Virus record (IMG/VR): IMGVR_UViG_3300049914_000058
Span: 1 to 54,032 of that record
Length of the DNA: 54,032 nt
From: a virus
Taxonomy: Duplodnaviria; Caudoviricetes
Strand: one strand, 5' to 3'
The notes under the pieces: model-generated
Told to the model about the DNA's origin: nothing
The model's input: the letters and a program-made list of their open reading frames with translations, nothing else
Database searches by the model: none
In this document: in pieces, positions 1-9,194 of the stretch
Numbering within the stretch: position 1 is the first letter of the stretch
Layout of the letters: every line of letters begins with the position of its first letter
Translations under genes and position numbers: made by a program

Positions 1-192
1 TTATGAGGTAATTGAAAAGGCCGGTTTTGTGGCAGAAACTAAAATCGGCGTAGGATTTGACCCCTCTGTGCAAAAAATAGTTGTTACCGATTTTTCTGGT
101 GAGTGCGATTGCGAAAAATTGGACAAAGATTGCGAGTGCGGCCATAAGCCAGAACTGCAAGCCTTTGCAGAACTTTGTGAGAAATATGGCAA
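1..192. repeat. Terminal direct repeat / circular assembly overlap, left copy
   Basis: 1-192 matches 53841-54032 except T65 vs G53905; the ORF starting at 53731 reads in frame across the junction to 283. Confidence 0.95.
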
Positions 193-283
193 TTTGATTG
201 CCGAAAGAGCCGTTGAAGCCGGTTCTGACGCCGCACAAGCCAAATCCGATGAATTTGTTAAGGAGGGAAATTTTTTGAGGTAA
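1..283 (+). CDS. 3' part of a 130-aa hypothetical IS passenger protein (starts at 53731, wraps the origin)
   Basis: In frame with ATG 53731; small Cys cluster (ECDCE..DCECGH); function unknown. Confidence 0.7.
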   Translation, partial: YEVIEKAGFVAETKIGVGFDPSVQKIVVTDFSGECDCEKLDKDCECGHKPELQAFAELCEKYGNLIAERAVEAGSDAAQAKSDEFVKEGNFLR

Positions 284-290
284 AATTATT

Positions 291-662
291 ATGGAAACTC
301 CAAACTTTGCCGACCTTGATATTTGCGAAAACTTTATGCGGGATATTAAATGGCACGGTGATGAGCCTGCCTGCCCGCATTGCGGCAGTAAACGAATTGG
401 CGAAGTAAAGACCCGCCGCTTGCTCCGCTGTAAAGACTGCCGCAAACAGTTTTCGTCTAAAGTCGGAACGATTTTTGAGGACAGCCCGCTTGGTTTGGAT
501 AAGTGGTTTGTGGCTGTTTGGGCTATCGCAAATTGCAAGAACGGAATCAGTAGCCACGAGCTTGGCCGTGCAATCGGCGTTACACAAAGGACGGCTTGGT
601 TTATGTTGCACAGAATCCGTGCTGCTATTGATAACGACGCAGGATTTATGGGAAAGGTTTAA
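291..662 (+). pseudogene. Truncated IS1595-family transposase: Zn-ribbon and HTH-like region present, DDE domain absent
   Basis: CPHCGS...CKDCRKQFS-x-KVGTIFEDSPL and GISSHELGRAIGVTQRTAWFMLHRIR are typical IS1595 N-terminal motifs; the ORF stops where the catalytic 'VE-x-DE' motif normally begins. Confidence 0.85.
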
Positions 663-666
663 AGTT

Positions 667-804
667 ATGGAAGAAAATCGCAGACCAAAAGGAATTGGCA
701 AATTTACAGAACTGCTAAGCAGATTGGTCGCTGTCCCAAAAGAAGCGGTCGAGCAGAGAATCGCCGCCAAAAAAGCAGCTCGCAAATTACGTCTTAAAAA
801 ATAA
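667..804 (+). CDS. Small basic protein (45 aa) of the type seen downstream of IS1595 transposases
   Basis: MEENRRPKGIGKFTELLSRLVAVPKEAVE..., located between the transposase remnant and the right TIR. Confidence 0.5.
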   Translation: MEENRRPKGIGKFTELLSRLVAVPKEAVEQRIAAKKAARKLRLKK

Positions 805-904
805 CTTATCCACATTTTAAATTTAGCCTTTTTTATTTTGGTGCGTCAGGTGATTTATTACCAAAAAATACTACTAATAGTATAAATTTTTAAAATCTTC
901 ACTT

Positions 905-949
905 TGTAACTATTTCGTTACACACATCTTTACCAGCCCAGACTATAAT
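905..949 (+). promoter_or_regulatory. Putative operator palindrome plus -10 box upstream of the late/packaging genes
   Basis: TGTAAC-N6-GTTACA at 905-922; TATAAT at 944-949; no good -35. Confidence 0.4.
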
Positions 950-965
950 ACAATCAAGGTCTGTT

Positions 966-1172
966 ATGACATTTGGACCGCAAACATCATCGTCACTGGA
1001 CGAGGCCAGAAGAAGCCAAGGAAAATATCGGACAAGAAACGACAATTTGCCGAAGGAAGACCCTGAAAGTGAAAAGGCAAGACGGTTTGAAATCGACTTT
1101 ATGAATCAGATGGAAGACGACCTTATACGTGAAGGTCGGCATAATTATCAACCTGAGCCAAAGGCGGACTAA
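966..1172 (+). CDS. Hypothetical protein
   Basis: 68-aa ORF abutting the next ORF. Confidence 0.55.
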   Translation: MTFGPQTSSSLDEARRSQGKYRTRNDNLPKEDPESEKARRFEIDFMNQMEDDLIREGRHNYQPEPKAD

Positions 1173-1364
1173 ATGGCTTATGACCAAATGCTGATTTTGC
1201 AGGACATCACAAAGGGAATTGAAAGCATTACCGCAAATTTATTCAGATTATCAATCAATCAAACACTGGAGCAAAAGAAAGTAATCCAGGCGGCACAAGT
1301 AACATTAGGCGAATTTGTTGATGATGTTGACGAAGTAAGAGAGGAATTTGATGGGACGACCTAA
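1173..1364 (+). CDS. Hypothetical protein
   Basis: 63-aa ORF coupled to its neighbours. Confidence 0.55.
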   Translation: MAYDQMLILQDITKGIESITANLFRLSINQTLEQKKVIQAAQVTLGEFVDDVDEVREEFDGTT

Positions 1365-4300
1365 AAAAACACTTGTTTTTGCAATTTTATTATTGACATA
1401 CTCCACCTGTTTTGGTGCTGCATACAGTGGTTCTGGTGCCGGTACAGAGGTTAGTCCTTATATAATAAACACTTATGCTCAACTGTTGGAATTTGGTCAG
1501 CCGGGTTACGGTTGTGATGCTAATTTAACGTCATACTGGAAGCTCGGTGCTGACGTGAACGCCCTTGCGTCTTCAACTCTCGACGGAGGAACTGGTTGGC
1601 GACCTGTCGGCACGTCAGCTACACCTTTTACCGGTGGATTTGACGGCGACTGCTGCACAATTGACCATATCACAATCGCAAGGGGAACTACCGATTATGT
1701 TGGTTTTTTCGGTAAAATAACAGGCGATGACATAAAAAATTTAGGTCTTTTGAATGTTGTAATACACGGCAAAGACTATACTGGTGGCTTAGTTGGTTAC
1801 GATGCGTTAGGTGCAAGTAATACTATCAGCAAATGCTGGACTACAGGCTCTGTTAGTGGTGAGGTTCGGACAGGGGGCCTTGTTGGTTATGAATATGTTG
1901 CTGCTATAATAACGAATTGTTATTCCCAATGTTCCGTTACGGGTACAAACAGGATAGGTGGTTTTGCAGGAATGCAATTCACAACAATAAATTGTTATTC
2001 AACAGGTGCAGTTACGGGCGATAGTAATTTGGGCGGATTTTCGGGTGTTAAGAGCGTTGGAAATATAAGCAACTGCTTTTGGGACACTCAAACATCAGGT
2101 CAAGCAACCTCTGCCGGCGGCACGGGCAAGACTACAGCGAACATGAAGAAACAAGCAACTTTTGTGAGTTGGGACTTTACGAATCTTTGGGGTATCGTAG
2201 AAAATTCGACTTATCCTTATTTCATAACGGCTGCTACGGTATGTACTGTGCCAAACATTGTAGATACAGTGCAGGCTGATGCTAACGCCGCTATTTTAGG
2301 TGCTGGTTTTGTGATAGGGACAATAACTACCGCATACCGGACAGTTGAGAATGATATTGTTGACGGCAATATCATGAGTCAAGACCCATCAACTGGCGTT
2401 AAAACCTGCGGTTCGGATGTTAATTATGTGGTGTCGCTGGGCGGGCCTGCCGTACCAGACATTGTCGGAGAAACTAAAACGGATGCTAATGCTATAATTG
2501 CCGCCGATGCTAACTTCTATTTGGGCGATATTACCACAGCATACAGCAACAGTGTTGCTTCTGGTGTGGTTATCAGTCAAGACCCAGCGGCTGGTACGAC
2601 CACTGGCTACTCAGGCGACCAGATAGATTATGTCGCTTCATTAGGCAAACCTGCCGTGCCGGATATTGTTAATCACAGCAAGACTGACGCAAACAGTCAT
2701 ATCACAGGGGTCGATAGTCTTGTTGTTGGTACGATAACCGTTGCGTGCTGTAATAACGTAACAAGCGGTCTGGTGATAAGTTCAAATCCTGTCGCTACGA
2801 CTCTGGTTGATATAGGTTCGGCTGTTGATTATGTCGTATCTACTGGCAGGCCGACAGTGCCTGATGTGGTCAATCAAACAGAAGCAAATGCAATAATACT
2901 CATAAATGCAGTTTCCTACATTAGTTATGGTACGCATACTCACGCTTACAGCGGCAGTATTGTTTCAGGTAATGTTATAAGTCAATCTTCAGTGGGTGTA
3001 CAAAACTGCGGGACTGTAGTTAATTTGGTTATATCGACTGGCACGACATACAGATATTTAACTGCTTCGTCAGGTGCAAATGGTACTGTTACTACACCAG
3101 GCATAGGCACTTACCCCTACAACGATGGCAGTTCTGCTTATATCGTTGCTACTCCAGGCGAAGCTCGGCATTTTACTATCTGGACTGGTACGGCCGCTAC
3201 TGCCGGTAAAATTACCAATGTTTATGACTATAACACTTATGTTCTGATGGACGCTGATTATACAGTTATTGCTAATTTTTATACTAATCCTGGCACTTTG
3301 ATTATAGCGGCTGGTACGACAGATTGTGCCTGTGTAGGCAGTTGTAATGGTGGTGTTGTAACAACGCCAGGTTTAGGTCTGTTTGGTTATATTACAGGTG
3401 CATCTGCCACTTTATTAGCTGTACCGAGTGCTCATTATCATTTCGTGAACTGGACTGACGCGGATGTAGGCCCTAATCTCGGCCTGCCGAGCCTGGATGT
3501 GAACGATGCCAATGCCGCTTCAACGAATATTACAATGGATGCTAACTATTCGTTATTAGCGAATTTTACAGTGGATACAAACTCACTGGTTATATCTGCG
3601 GCAGGTGGTGGGACGATAACAACACCTTCAGGAGGCGAAGGTACATACTCTTACAAATATAGTTGCGATGCGAACATCATAGCTTTAGCAGGTACTAACA
3701 GCACTTTCAGTAACTGGACAGGCACAGCGGTAACGGCTGGCAAAGTTGACGATGTCAATGCTATTCATACGCACGTCTTGATGGATAATAATTATACGGT
3801 AATAGCCAATTTCGATGTAAACGATCCAAACATTCCTATAGCTCATTGGCCGTTAGATGATAATGCTGATACTAACGTAGTTGTTGATATACAGGGTTAT
3901 GCCAACGGTATTTTGCACGGTACAAATGATTATACATCTGCACATCACGTTGCAGGCAAGGTTGGTACAGGTGCTTTTGATTTTAATGGTGTTACGGATT
4001 ATGTGGATGTAAGTAATACAATTACTGCATTGGCGAATTTAACTAAAGGTACGATTAGTCTTTGGGTAAATCCGATTATATTGGTAGCTGGACTCGACCA
4101 GTCCTATGTGGTCATAACCGATAATAATAATCTTACATTTCTTAGAATGTATTTTTATAGAGATGAGGAAACCCCGACGTATGTAATTCTTATGATGAAT
4201 TTTTATGTGGATAATGGTGAGAAATGGAACTTTATTGGTGATGCGTTACCAAGTTCATTTTTTAATGTTTGGAACCATTTTGTTTTAGTTCATAATGGTA

Positions 4301-4602
4301 CGAGACCATATTTGTATATAAACGGTCAAGAAGAATCACACGATTGGTTTTTTTCGGTAGATAGTACCAAATGGTTTAAAGCACTTTTTACTGATGCTAC
4401 GGCCAAAGCAAATATAGTATCTTTAGGGGGAACTCCATCATTAGCAAGTGTATTTTTTTCTGGTTCTCTCGACGATGTCATTATTTACGCTAAGGCATTG
4501 AGTGCTGCCGAAGTTTGGGATTTATATTGCGATGGTTGCCCTGAATGTGCAGGGTGCCTTAAAAAGAATCACGGTTGGTTAGGCGAATGGCTTGGCAAAT
4601 AA
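1351..4602 (+). CDS. Secreted multidomain protein: signal peptide, GLUG-type beta-solenoid, ~4 PASTA-like repeats, ~3 InlB-B-like repeats, C-terminal LamG/ConA-like domain
   Basis: MGRPKKTLVFAILLLTYSTCFG-A signal; repeated 'TGGLVG' motifs; 'VPDIV...DAN...G...VISQDP' repeats; 'HF-x-NWTG...MDA-x-YTV-x-ANF' repeats; 'AHWPLDD...WNHFVLVH...GSLDDVIIY-x-KALSA-x-EV'. Confidence 0.85.
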   Translation: MGRPKKTLVFAILLLTYSTCFGAAYSGSGAGTEVSPYIINTYAQLLEFGQPGYGCDANLTSYWKLGADVNALASSTLDGGTGWRPVGTSATPFTGGFDGDCCTIDHITIARGTTDYVGFFGKITGDDIKNLGLLNVVIHGKDYTGGLVGYDALGASNTISKCWTTGSVSGEVRTGGLVGYEYVAAIITNCYSQCSVTGTNRIGGFAGMQFTTINCYSTGAVTGDSNLGGFSGVKSVGNISNCFWDTQTSGQATSAGGTGKTTANMKKQATFVSWDFTNLWGIVENSTYPYFITAATVCTVPNIVDTVQADANAAILGAGFVIGTITTAYRTVENDIVDGNIMSQDPSTGVKTCGSDVNYVVSLGGPAVPDIVGETKTDANAIIAADANFYLGDITTAYSNSVASGVVISQDPAAGTTTGYSGDQIDYVASLGKPAVPDIVNHSKTDANSHITGVDSLVVGTITVACCNNVTSGLVISSNPVATTLVDIGSAVDYVVSTGRPTVPDVVNQTEANAIILINAVSYISYGTHTHAYSGSIVSGNVISQSSVGVQNCGTVVNLVISTGTTYRYLTASSGANGTVTTPGIGTYPYNDGSSAYIVATPGEARHFTIWTGTAATAGKITNVYDYNTYVLMDADYTVIANFYTNPGTLIIAAGTTDCACVGSCNGGVVTTPGLGLFGYITGASATLLAVPSAHYHFVNWTDADVGPNLGLPSLDVNDANAASTNITMDANYSLLANFTVDTNSLVISAAGGGTITTPSGGEGTYSYKYSCDANIIALAGTNSTFSNWTGTAVTAGKVDDVNAIHTHVLMDNNYTVIANFDVNDPNIPIAHWPLDDNADTNVVVDIQGYANGILHGTNDYTSAHHVAGKVGTGAFDFNGVTDYVDVSNTITALANLTKGTISLWVNPIILVAGLDQSYVVITDNNNLTFLRMYFYRDEETPTYVILMMNFYVDNGEKWNFIGDALPSSFFNVWNHFVLVHNGTRPYLYINGQEESHDWFFSVDSTKWFKALFTDATAKANIVSLGGTPSLASVFFSGSLDDVIIYAKALSAAEVWDLYCDGCPECAGCLKKNHGWLGEWLGK

Positions 4603-4628
4603 CAATTTTTCAATTACGGAGATTAAAC

Positions 4629-5090
4629 ATGAAGAATAATAACAGATTCCTGATAGTGCTTGGTATAGTATTTCTACTGATAAGTCTCGTATTGGCGAGT
4701 ACTACCATAACGGAGACGGTAGAAAATAGGGATATACACAAAGTAACTATTACTACTACGGACGCAAATTCAAGCGTGCCTGGAAGGTTGACGACTCTCG
4801 ACCTTTACGGTATATGGTTAAGATTAGGCGTGGAATTGTCAACATCTGGTACGGTAGCCAGCCCCAATAACATAGACCTGGTAATCCGCGATGAGTTTGA
4901 TACTACACTTATCAGCGATACCAACGTAACCGATGGATTGAGATATTCGCCCGTGAGTTACGGTGCAGATACAAACGATTCTGCTCTTGGTATTCCAGTA
5001 GCCGGACCGATAGATGTAAACTGGTCGCAACTCGAACCTAACCAAGTGGCTAAATTTATATTTTGGTATAAGAGTGGGCGTGGATGGTAG
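4629..5090 (+). CDS. Secreted hypothetical protein
   Basis: MKNNNRFLIVLGIVFLLISLVLA-S signal peptide; beta-rich mature part. Confidence 0.7.
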   Translation: MKNNNRFLIVLGIVFLLISLVLASTTITETVENRDIHKVTITTTDANSSVPGRLTTLDLYGIWLRLGVELSTSGTVASPNNIDLVIRDEFDTTLISDTNVTDGLRYSPVSYGADTNDSALGIPVAGPIDVNWSQLEPNQVAKFIFWYKSGRGW

Positions 5091-5695
5091 ATATGACTGA
5101 AAAAGCCAAAAAACAGGTCAGAGAGCAAAAATCAGCCTTGCAGGATAAGGCACGATTGAAGAAGTCTGAACAGGCCATATCAAGCATACCCTTAAAATTA
5201 ACTGCTAAACAAGAGATGTTTTGTAATGAATACCTGATAGACTTAAACGCTACGCAAGCGGCAATAAGGGCAAAATATCCTAAAAAAACCGCTCGGCAAA
5301 TGGGAACTGAAAACCTGTCAAAACCTGTCATTCAAGATAGAATAAGTCAACTTCAAAGACAACTTCAAAAAGATTGTGATGTTACTCCTGCCGATGTGAT
5401 TAACGAACTCAAAAAGATAGGCTTTGCGAATATACAAGATTGTATTTCAGATGATAATGAGATTGTTGATATATCTAAAATACCAAAGGACAAGGCCGCT
5501 GCGATAGAATCGGTTCAGTCCGACATACGCCACGATGGGGGAAAATCGAAAGGATACACCGAAAAAGTAAAAGTGAAGTTTCATAGTAAGGTACAGGCTC
5601 TTGAGAACATTGGTAAACACCTCGGAATATTTGAGAAGGATAATAAACAGAAAAGTATTGCTCTGCCTGCGATAATTATAACGAGAAGGGCATAA
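5084..5695 (+). CDS. terS: Terminase small subunit
   Basis: LTAKQEMFCNEYLIDLNATQAAIRA-x-Y HTH motif and C-terminal K-x-ALE-x-IGKHLGIF; directly upstream of TerL. Confidence 0.93.
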   Translation: MVDMTEKAKKQVREQKSALQDKARLKKSEQAISSIPLKLTAKQEMFCNEYLIDLNATQAAIRAKYPKKTARQMGTENLSKPVIQDRISQLQRQLQKDCDVTPADVINELKKIGFANIQDCISDDNEIVDISKIPKDKAAAIESVQSDIRHDGGKSKGYTEKVKVKFHSKVQALENIGKHLGIFEKDNKQKSIALPAIIITRRA

Positions 5696-8145
5696 TGGAA
5701 TTTGGCGATAAACAATACGAGGCAATAGACATTTTGAACGACCCTGCTGTTGATGAATTACTATTAGGTGGCGCAAAAGGTGGTTCAAAAGCAAGTCCGT
5801 TAACAGCAATAGTTTATACTCCATTCGGCCCCAAAAAAATGGGTGATATACAAATAGGAGACCGAGTAAGTAATCCAGATGGGTCGATAGCAAAAGTAGT
5901 AGGAGTGTGGCCGCAAGGAATTAAAAAGATTGCTTGTGTTGTAATGGATGACGGGGCGAGTGTTCGTGTAAGCTGGGAGCATCTTTGGTTGTATAAAATT
6001 AGGGGTAAAACGAGATTTAGAAAATTGGCCGTCTCCGACAGACCAACGCAATATAAAATTGGAACAACTAAGCAATTATTTGATTTGGTTAAAAAAGGCG
6101 TGAGGATACAGATACCAATTACGCAGCCCGTTCAATTTACAATAGCTTCAAATAATCCAGAAATTACTTGGCCGCTTGAACCTTATACATTAGGCATACT
6201 TTTAGGTGATGGGCATATAGGTAACGGTTCAGTTACGATTACATCTGCCGACCCTTCTATTGTTGAAGGAATGGCCGTAAGAAGTATCAGCAGGAAAAGC
6301 AATAACTTGGCGTGTTCTTATCGTATGCCACTTGATATTCGCGACAAATGCAAAAGTCTGGGTTTGTGTGGTAAACGCTCGTGGGAGAAGTTTATTCCAT
6401 CACAATATAAAATTTGCACTCTGTCTATGCGACAGTCGTTAATGCAAGGATTGATGGATACTGATGGTAGCGCAGACAAAAGAGGGCATTCTTCTTACAC
6501 GACCACCAGTGAACAATTATCAAAAGATGTTCAGTGGTTGGCTTGGAGTTTAGGATACAAGGCAAATATAATAAGTAGGATACCAAAATATACATACAAG
6601 GGCATTAAGAAAGAAGGTCGTCTTGCTTATACTGTATATATCAAAGGCAATAGCCACGAACAGCTTTTTAGGTTGGAGCGAAAACAGAAACGGGCAGAAC
6701 AGGCATATTTAGGTAATGGCATCAATGGGGGAAGTGATAGGGTTAGGCATATTATTTCCATTACTCCTGATGGCAAAGAAGAAGCCCAGTGTATAACTGT
6801 GGACAATCCCAATGGGTTGTACATAACGGATGACTTTATCGTAACGCATAACAGTGTAACGGGCTGTTGGTTGCTATTTACGATGTGTTATGCCATCGCC
6901 AGAGAGTTTTGGCCTGATAAACCACCTAAAGAGCCTGTGCAGATAGCGTGGATGGGGCGTAAGATAGCCGCAGATTTCAGTAAGACCACACTTGAAACGT
7001 GGCGAAGAATCATACCGCCTGAGTATTATGAGATTAAAGGCAGGCCGGAGGAAATCGTAATTGCTGATAGAGTTAAGATAATCACCGGCGGCCTTGACAG
7101 CAGGGATGAAGTAGAAAAATTCAATTCAATGGAATTGGCCGTAGCGTTCTTAGACCAAGCCGAAGAAACAAGCCGAGAGGATGTTGCCTGTTTACGAGCT
7201 ACATTCCGACTTCACATCAACGGCAAACTCATAAAAGGCAAACTGATAATGAGTTGCAATCCTCGACAATGCTGGCTTAAAGAGGAATTTATACTCAATC
7301 CTAAACCTAACCAGCGGTTTCTTCAAATGCTTTATACGGATAATCCTTTCATTGACCATGATGATTATGCCAGAAGACTTGATACGGCTTATTCTTTTAG
7401 ACCTGCACTATTAAGAGCCTACAAAGAAGGCGACTGGAACGCCGTTGAAGACCCAGAGCAGATAATCAAGTCCGAATGGCTTAATCAAGTCAAGATAAGG
7501 CCCTACTATGACCCATTTATTAAGGAATATCTGGTTATTGACTGTGCAAGGTTTGGGGACGACAACACAATCATTTTGCGGATGAAAAACGCTGAAATAG
7601 CAGAAAAAGTTGTGATGCCGTACTGTGATACTACGCAGATAGAGTCTAAAGCCGCCCAGATGAGTTTCGCCAATGGTAATCTGCCTATCGTGGTCGAAAG
7701 TATCGGTGCAGACCTCGGAGCAGGCGTGGTTGACCATTTAAGGGGAGCGGGTAAGACTATATATGAGTTCTGCCCTAATGCCGCCGCTCCGCTTATGGAG
7801 GAAGAAAACTATGGTAATTTAAGGTGTTGGGCATGGGCTAATGCGGCCAAGAAGTTGGAAAAGGGTATTCTTGACGAAGTGCATAATGTTCATTTATGCA
7901 CACACAACATAGACGAAAGGACCATAACTCAATTATGCGCGATAAGATACCAGTATAAGAACGGTAAGTTATATGTGGAAGATAAGGCGGAGATTAAGAA
8001 ACCAAAGCGATTAGGTTGTTCTCCTGATGATGCCGATACTTATGTTATAGCTTTATGGGCTTACGACCAGATACCAGTACCATTTCCGAAAAGTGAACGA
8101 GAACAAAGGCTTGAAACCAAGAGAAAAGACCCGATGTTGATGTAA
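5695..8145 (+). CDS. terL: Terminase large subunit with intein (462-aa extein)
   Basis: Walker A GGAKGGSK|S split by the intein; Walker B-like AFLDQAEE; motif III MSCNP; RNase H-like nuclease 'IDCARFGDD' and 'SPDDAD'. Confidence 0.93.
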   Translation: MEFGDKQYEAIDILNDPAVDELLLGGAKGGSKASPLTAIVYTPFGPKKMGDIQIGDRVSNPDGSIAKVVGVWPQGIKKIACVVMDDGASVRVSWEHLWLYKIRGKTRFRKLAVSDRPTQYKIGTTKQLFDLVKKGVRIQIPITQPVQFTIASNNPEITWPLEPYTLGILLGDGHIGNGSVTITSADPSIVEGMAVRSISRKSNNLACSYRMPLDIRDKCKSLGLCGKRSWEKFIPSQYKICTLSMRQSLMQGLMDTDGSADKRGHSSYTTTSEQLSKDVQWLAWSLGYKANIISRIPKYTYKGIKKEGRLAYTVYIKGNSHEQLFRLERKQKRAEQAYLGNGINGGSDRVRHIISITPDGKEEAQCITVDNPNGLYITDDFIVTHNSVTGCWLLFTMCYAIAREFWPDKPPKEPVQIAWMGRKIAADFSKTTLETWRRIIPPEYYEIKGRPEEIVIADRVKIITGGLDSRDEVEKFNSMELAVAFLDQAEETSREDVACLRATFRLHINGKLIKGKLIMSCNPRQCWLKEEFILNPKPNQRFLQMLYTDNPFIDHDDYARRLDTAYSFRPALLRAYKEGDWNAVEDPEQIIKSEWLNQVKIRPYYDPFIKEYLVIDCARFGDDNTIILRMKNAEIAEKVVMPYCDTTQIESKAAQMSFANGNLPIVVESIGADLGAGVVDHLRGAGKTIYEFCPNAAAPLMEEENYGNLRCWAWANAAKKLEKGILDEVHNVHLCTHNIDERTITQLCAIRYQYKNGKLYVEDKAEIKKPKRLGCSPDDADTYVIALWAYDQIPVPFPKSEREQRLETKRKDPMLM
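5791..6852 (+). mobile_element. Class 3 (Ala-start) intein with LAGLIDADG homing endonuclease, 354 aa
   Basis: Starts ASPLTAIVYTP-x-G; block B EHLW; LAGLIDADG helices YTLGILLGDG and LMQGLMDTDG; block F AQCITV; ends VTHN followed by Ser+1. Confidence 0.9.
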
Positions 8146-8189
8146 AAGGTATTAAAAAATGAAGAAAATTCAATTAACGCAAGGACAGG

Positions 8190-8432
8190 TTGCTTAATGA
8201 TGTGATGTTACGAGAAAAAAGAAAATATAGACCGTGGGAAAGGCGAAATCGCAGAATTGAATTGCTTAGGCTTAGGATTATGTCGCCTATACAGCGTAAG
8301 ATTGAAAGAATTACCCAGAAGCATTGGTCGGAACAGTTGTATAAATATGCAACAAGAAGTTTAGGGGCTTTTACGGAAACGTTTATTGGCGACAATAAAT
8401 ATATAACCGTTAAATTGAAGCCGTTGATGTGA
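8190..8432 (+). CDS. Hypothetical basic protein (start uncertain)
   Basis: ORF fills the gap between terL and the next gene. Confidence 0.4.
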   Translation: MLNDVMLREKRKYRPWERRNRRIELLRLRIMSPIQRKIERITQKHWSEQLYKYATRSLGAFTETFIGDNKYITVKLKPLM

Positions 8433-8436
8433 GAAT

Positions 8437-8664
8437 ATGCAAGTAGAAAAACAGATAAAAATAACCATAGACAAGCCAGAAGAAATACAGGCTTTAAGTG
8501 ATATATGCGAATTAGCAAGACAACGAATAGCCATAGTTAAAGATGAAAATGTTGATAGAGTGAAGGATAAATTGGGTGGGGAAAAATGGGCAAATTTTGT
8601 TTCGTTGCCTGTTGACCGAGCCAGAAACGTAGTAGAACTCCAAGAAAAGATTTTTGAATTGTGA
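8437..8664 (+). CDS. Hypothetical protein
   Basis: 75-aa ORF in an operon-like context. Confidence 0.55.
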   Translation: MQVEKQIKITIDKPEEIQALSDICELARQRIAIVKDENVDRVKDKLGGEKWANFVSLPVDRARNVVELQEKIFEL

Positions 8665-8671
8665 GGTAAAT

Positions 8672-8974
8672 ATGTCCAAGAAAATAGATTTAAAAGTTAA
8701 ACCGACTGATTGGAATAAAATCCAAAGTCCGCCCGAAACAAAACCGTATTATCCCTCACTGTATATCGACAAAGACCTGCCACTTGATGATAAGGTCGGC
8801 AAAACAGTAGAGGCGAGGGTTACATTCAAGGTTGCGAGTAGAACAGAAAACAAAAAAGGCAAAAACAAGTCTACGTGTTCATATCAGCTTGACGTTCTCG
8901 ATATTGATTTTGAGCCTGAAGGCAACAACCACGTTTCCGCCTCGCCGCAAATTGATAGGAAGATGAATTACTAA
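8672..8974 (+). CDS. Hypothetical protein
   Basis: GAGGT RBS before ATG 8672; YYPSLYI motif and beta-rich C-half. Confidence 0.65.
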   Translation: MSKKIDLKVKPTDWNKIQSPPETKPYYPSLYIDKDLPLDDKVGKTVEARVTFKVASRTENKKGKNKSTCSYQLDVLDIDFEPEGNNHVSASPQIDRKMNY

Positions 8975-8992
8975 TTAAAAAAAAGGTGCTTT

Positions 8993-9193
8993 ATTCCCTG
9001 GACTAAAAAAGACGCTAAACGCCATACGAAGAAGGCTGATACGCCGAAGAAGCAAAGGCTATGGGCTTCCGTAGCCAATCAGGCTTTAAAATCAACTGGC
9101 GATGATGTCAGGGCCATCCGTGAGGCTAACGCGGTTGTGGCCGGAACAGTAAGTGGTTTGCACCCGAACATAAAGAGGGTTATGAGGTATTGA
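8993..9193 (+). CDS. Small phage protein with ChaB-like signature and apparent ATT start (missing from the ORF track)
   Basis: AAGGTG RBS, then ATT-CCC-TGG...: (M)PWTKKDAKRHTKKADTPKKQRLWASVANQALKSTGDDVRAIREANAVV...; stop at 9191-9193 abuts ATG 9195. Confidence 0.65.
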   Translation: MPWTKKDAKRHTKKADTPKKQRLWASVANQALKSTGDDVRAIREANAVVAGTVSGLHPNIKRVMRY

Positions 9194-9194
9194 T

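Larger units (their letters stand above)
1..862 (+). mobile_element. Non-autonomous IS1595-family element, right part (whole element 53498..53840 + 1..862, 1,205 bp)
   Basis: Right TIR 839-862 (reverse complement GGTAATAAATCACCTGACGCACCA) matches left TIR 53498-53521 at 20/24; identical 8-bp flanks AAAAAATA at 863-870 and 53490-53497; contains an IS1595 transposase N-terminus. Confidence 0.85.
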
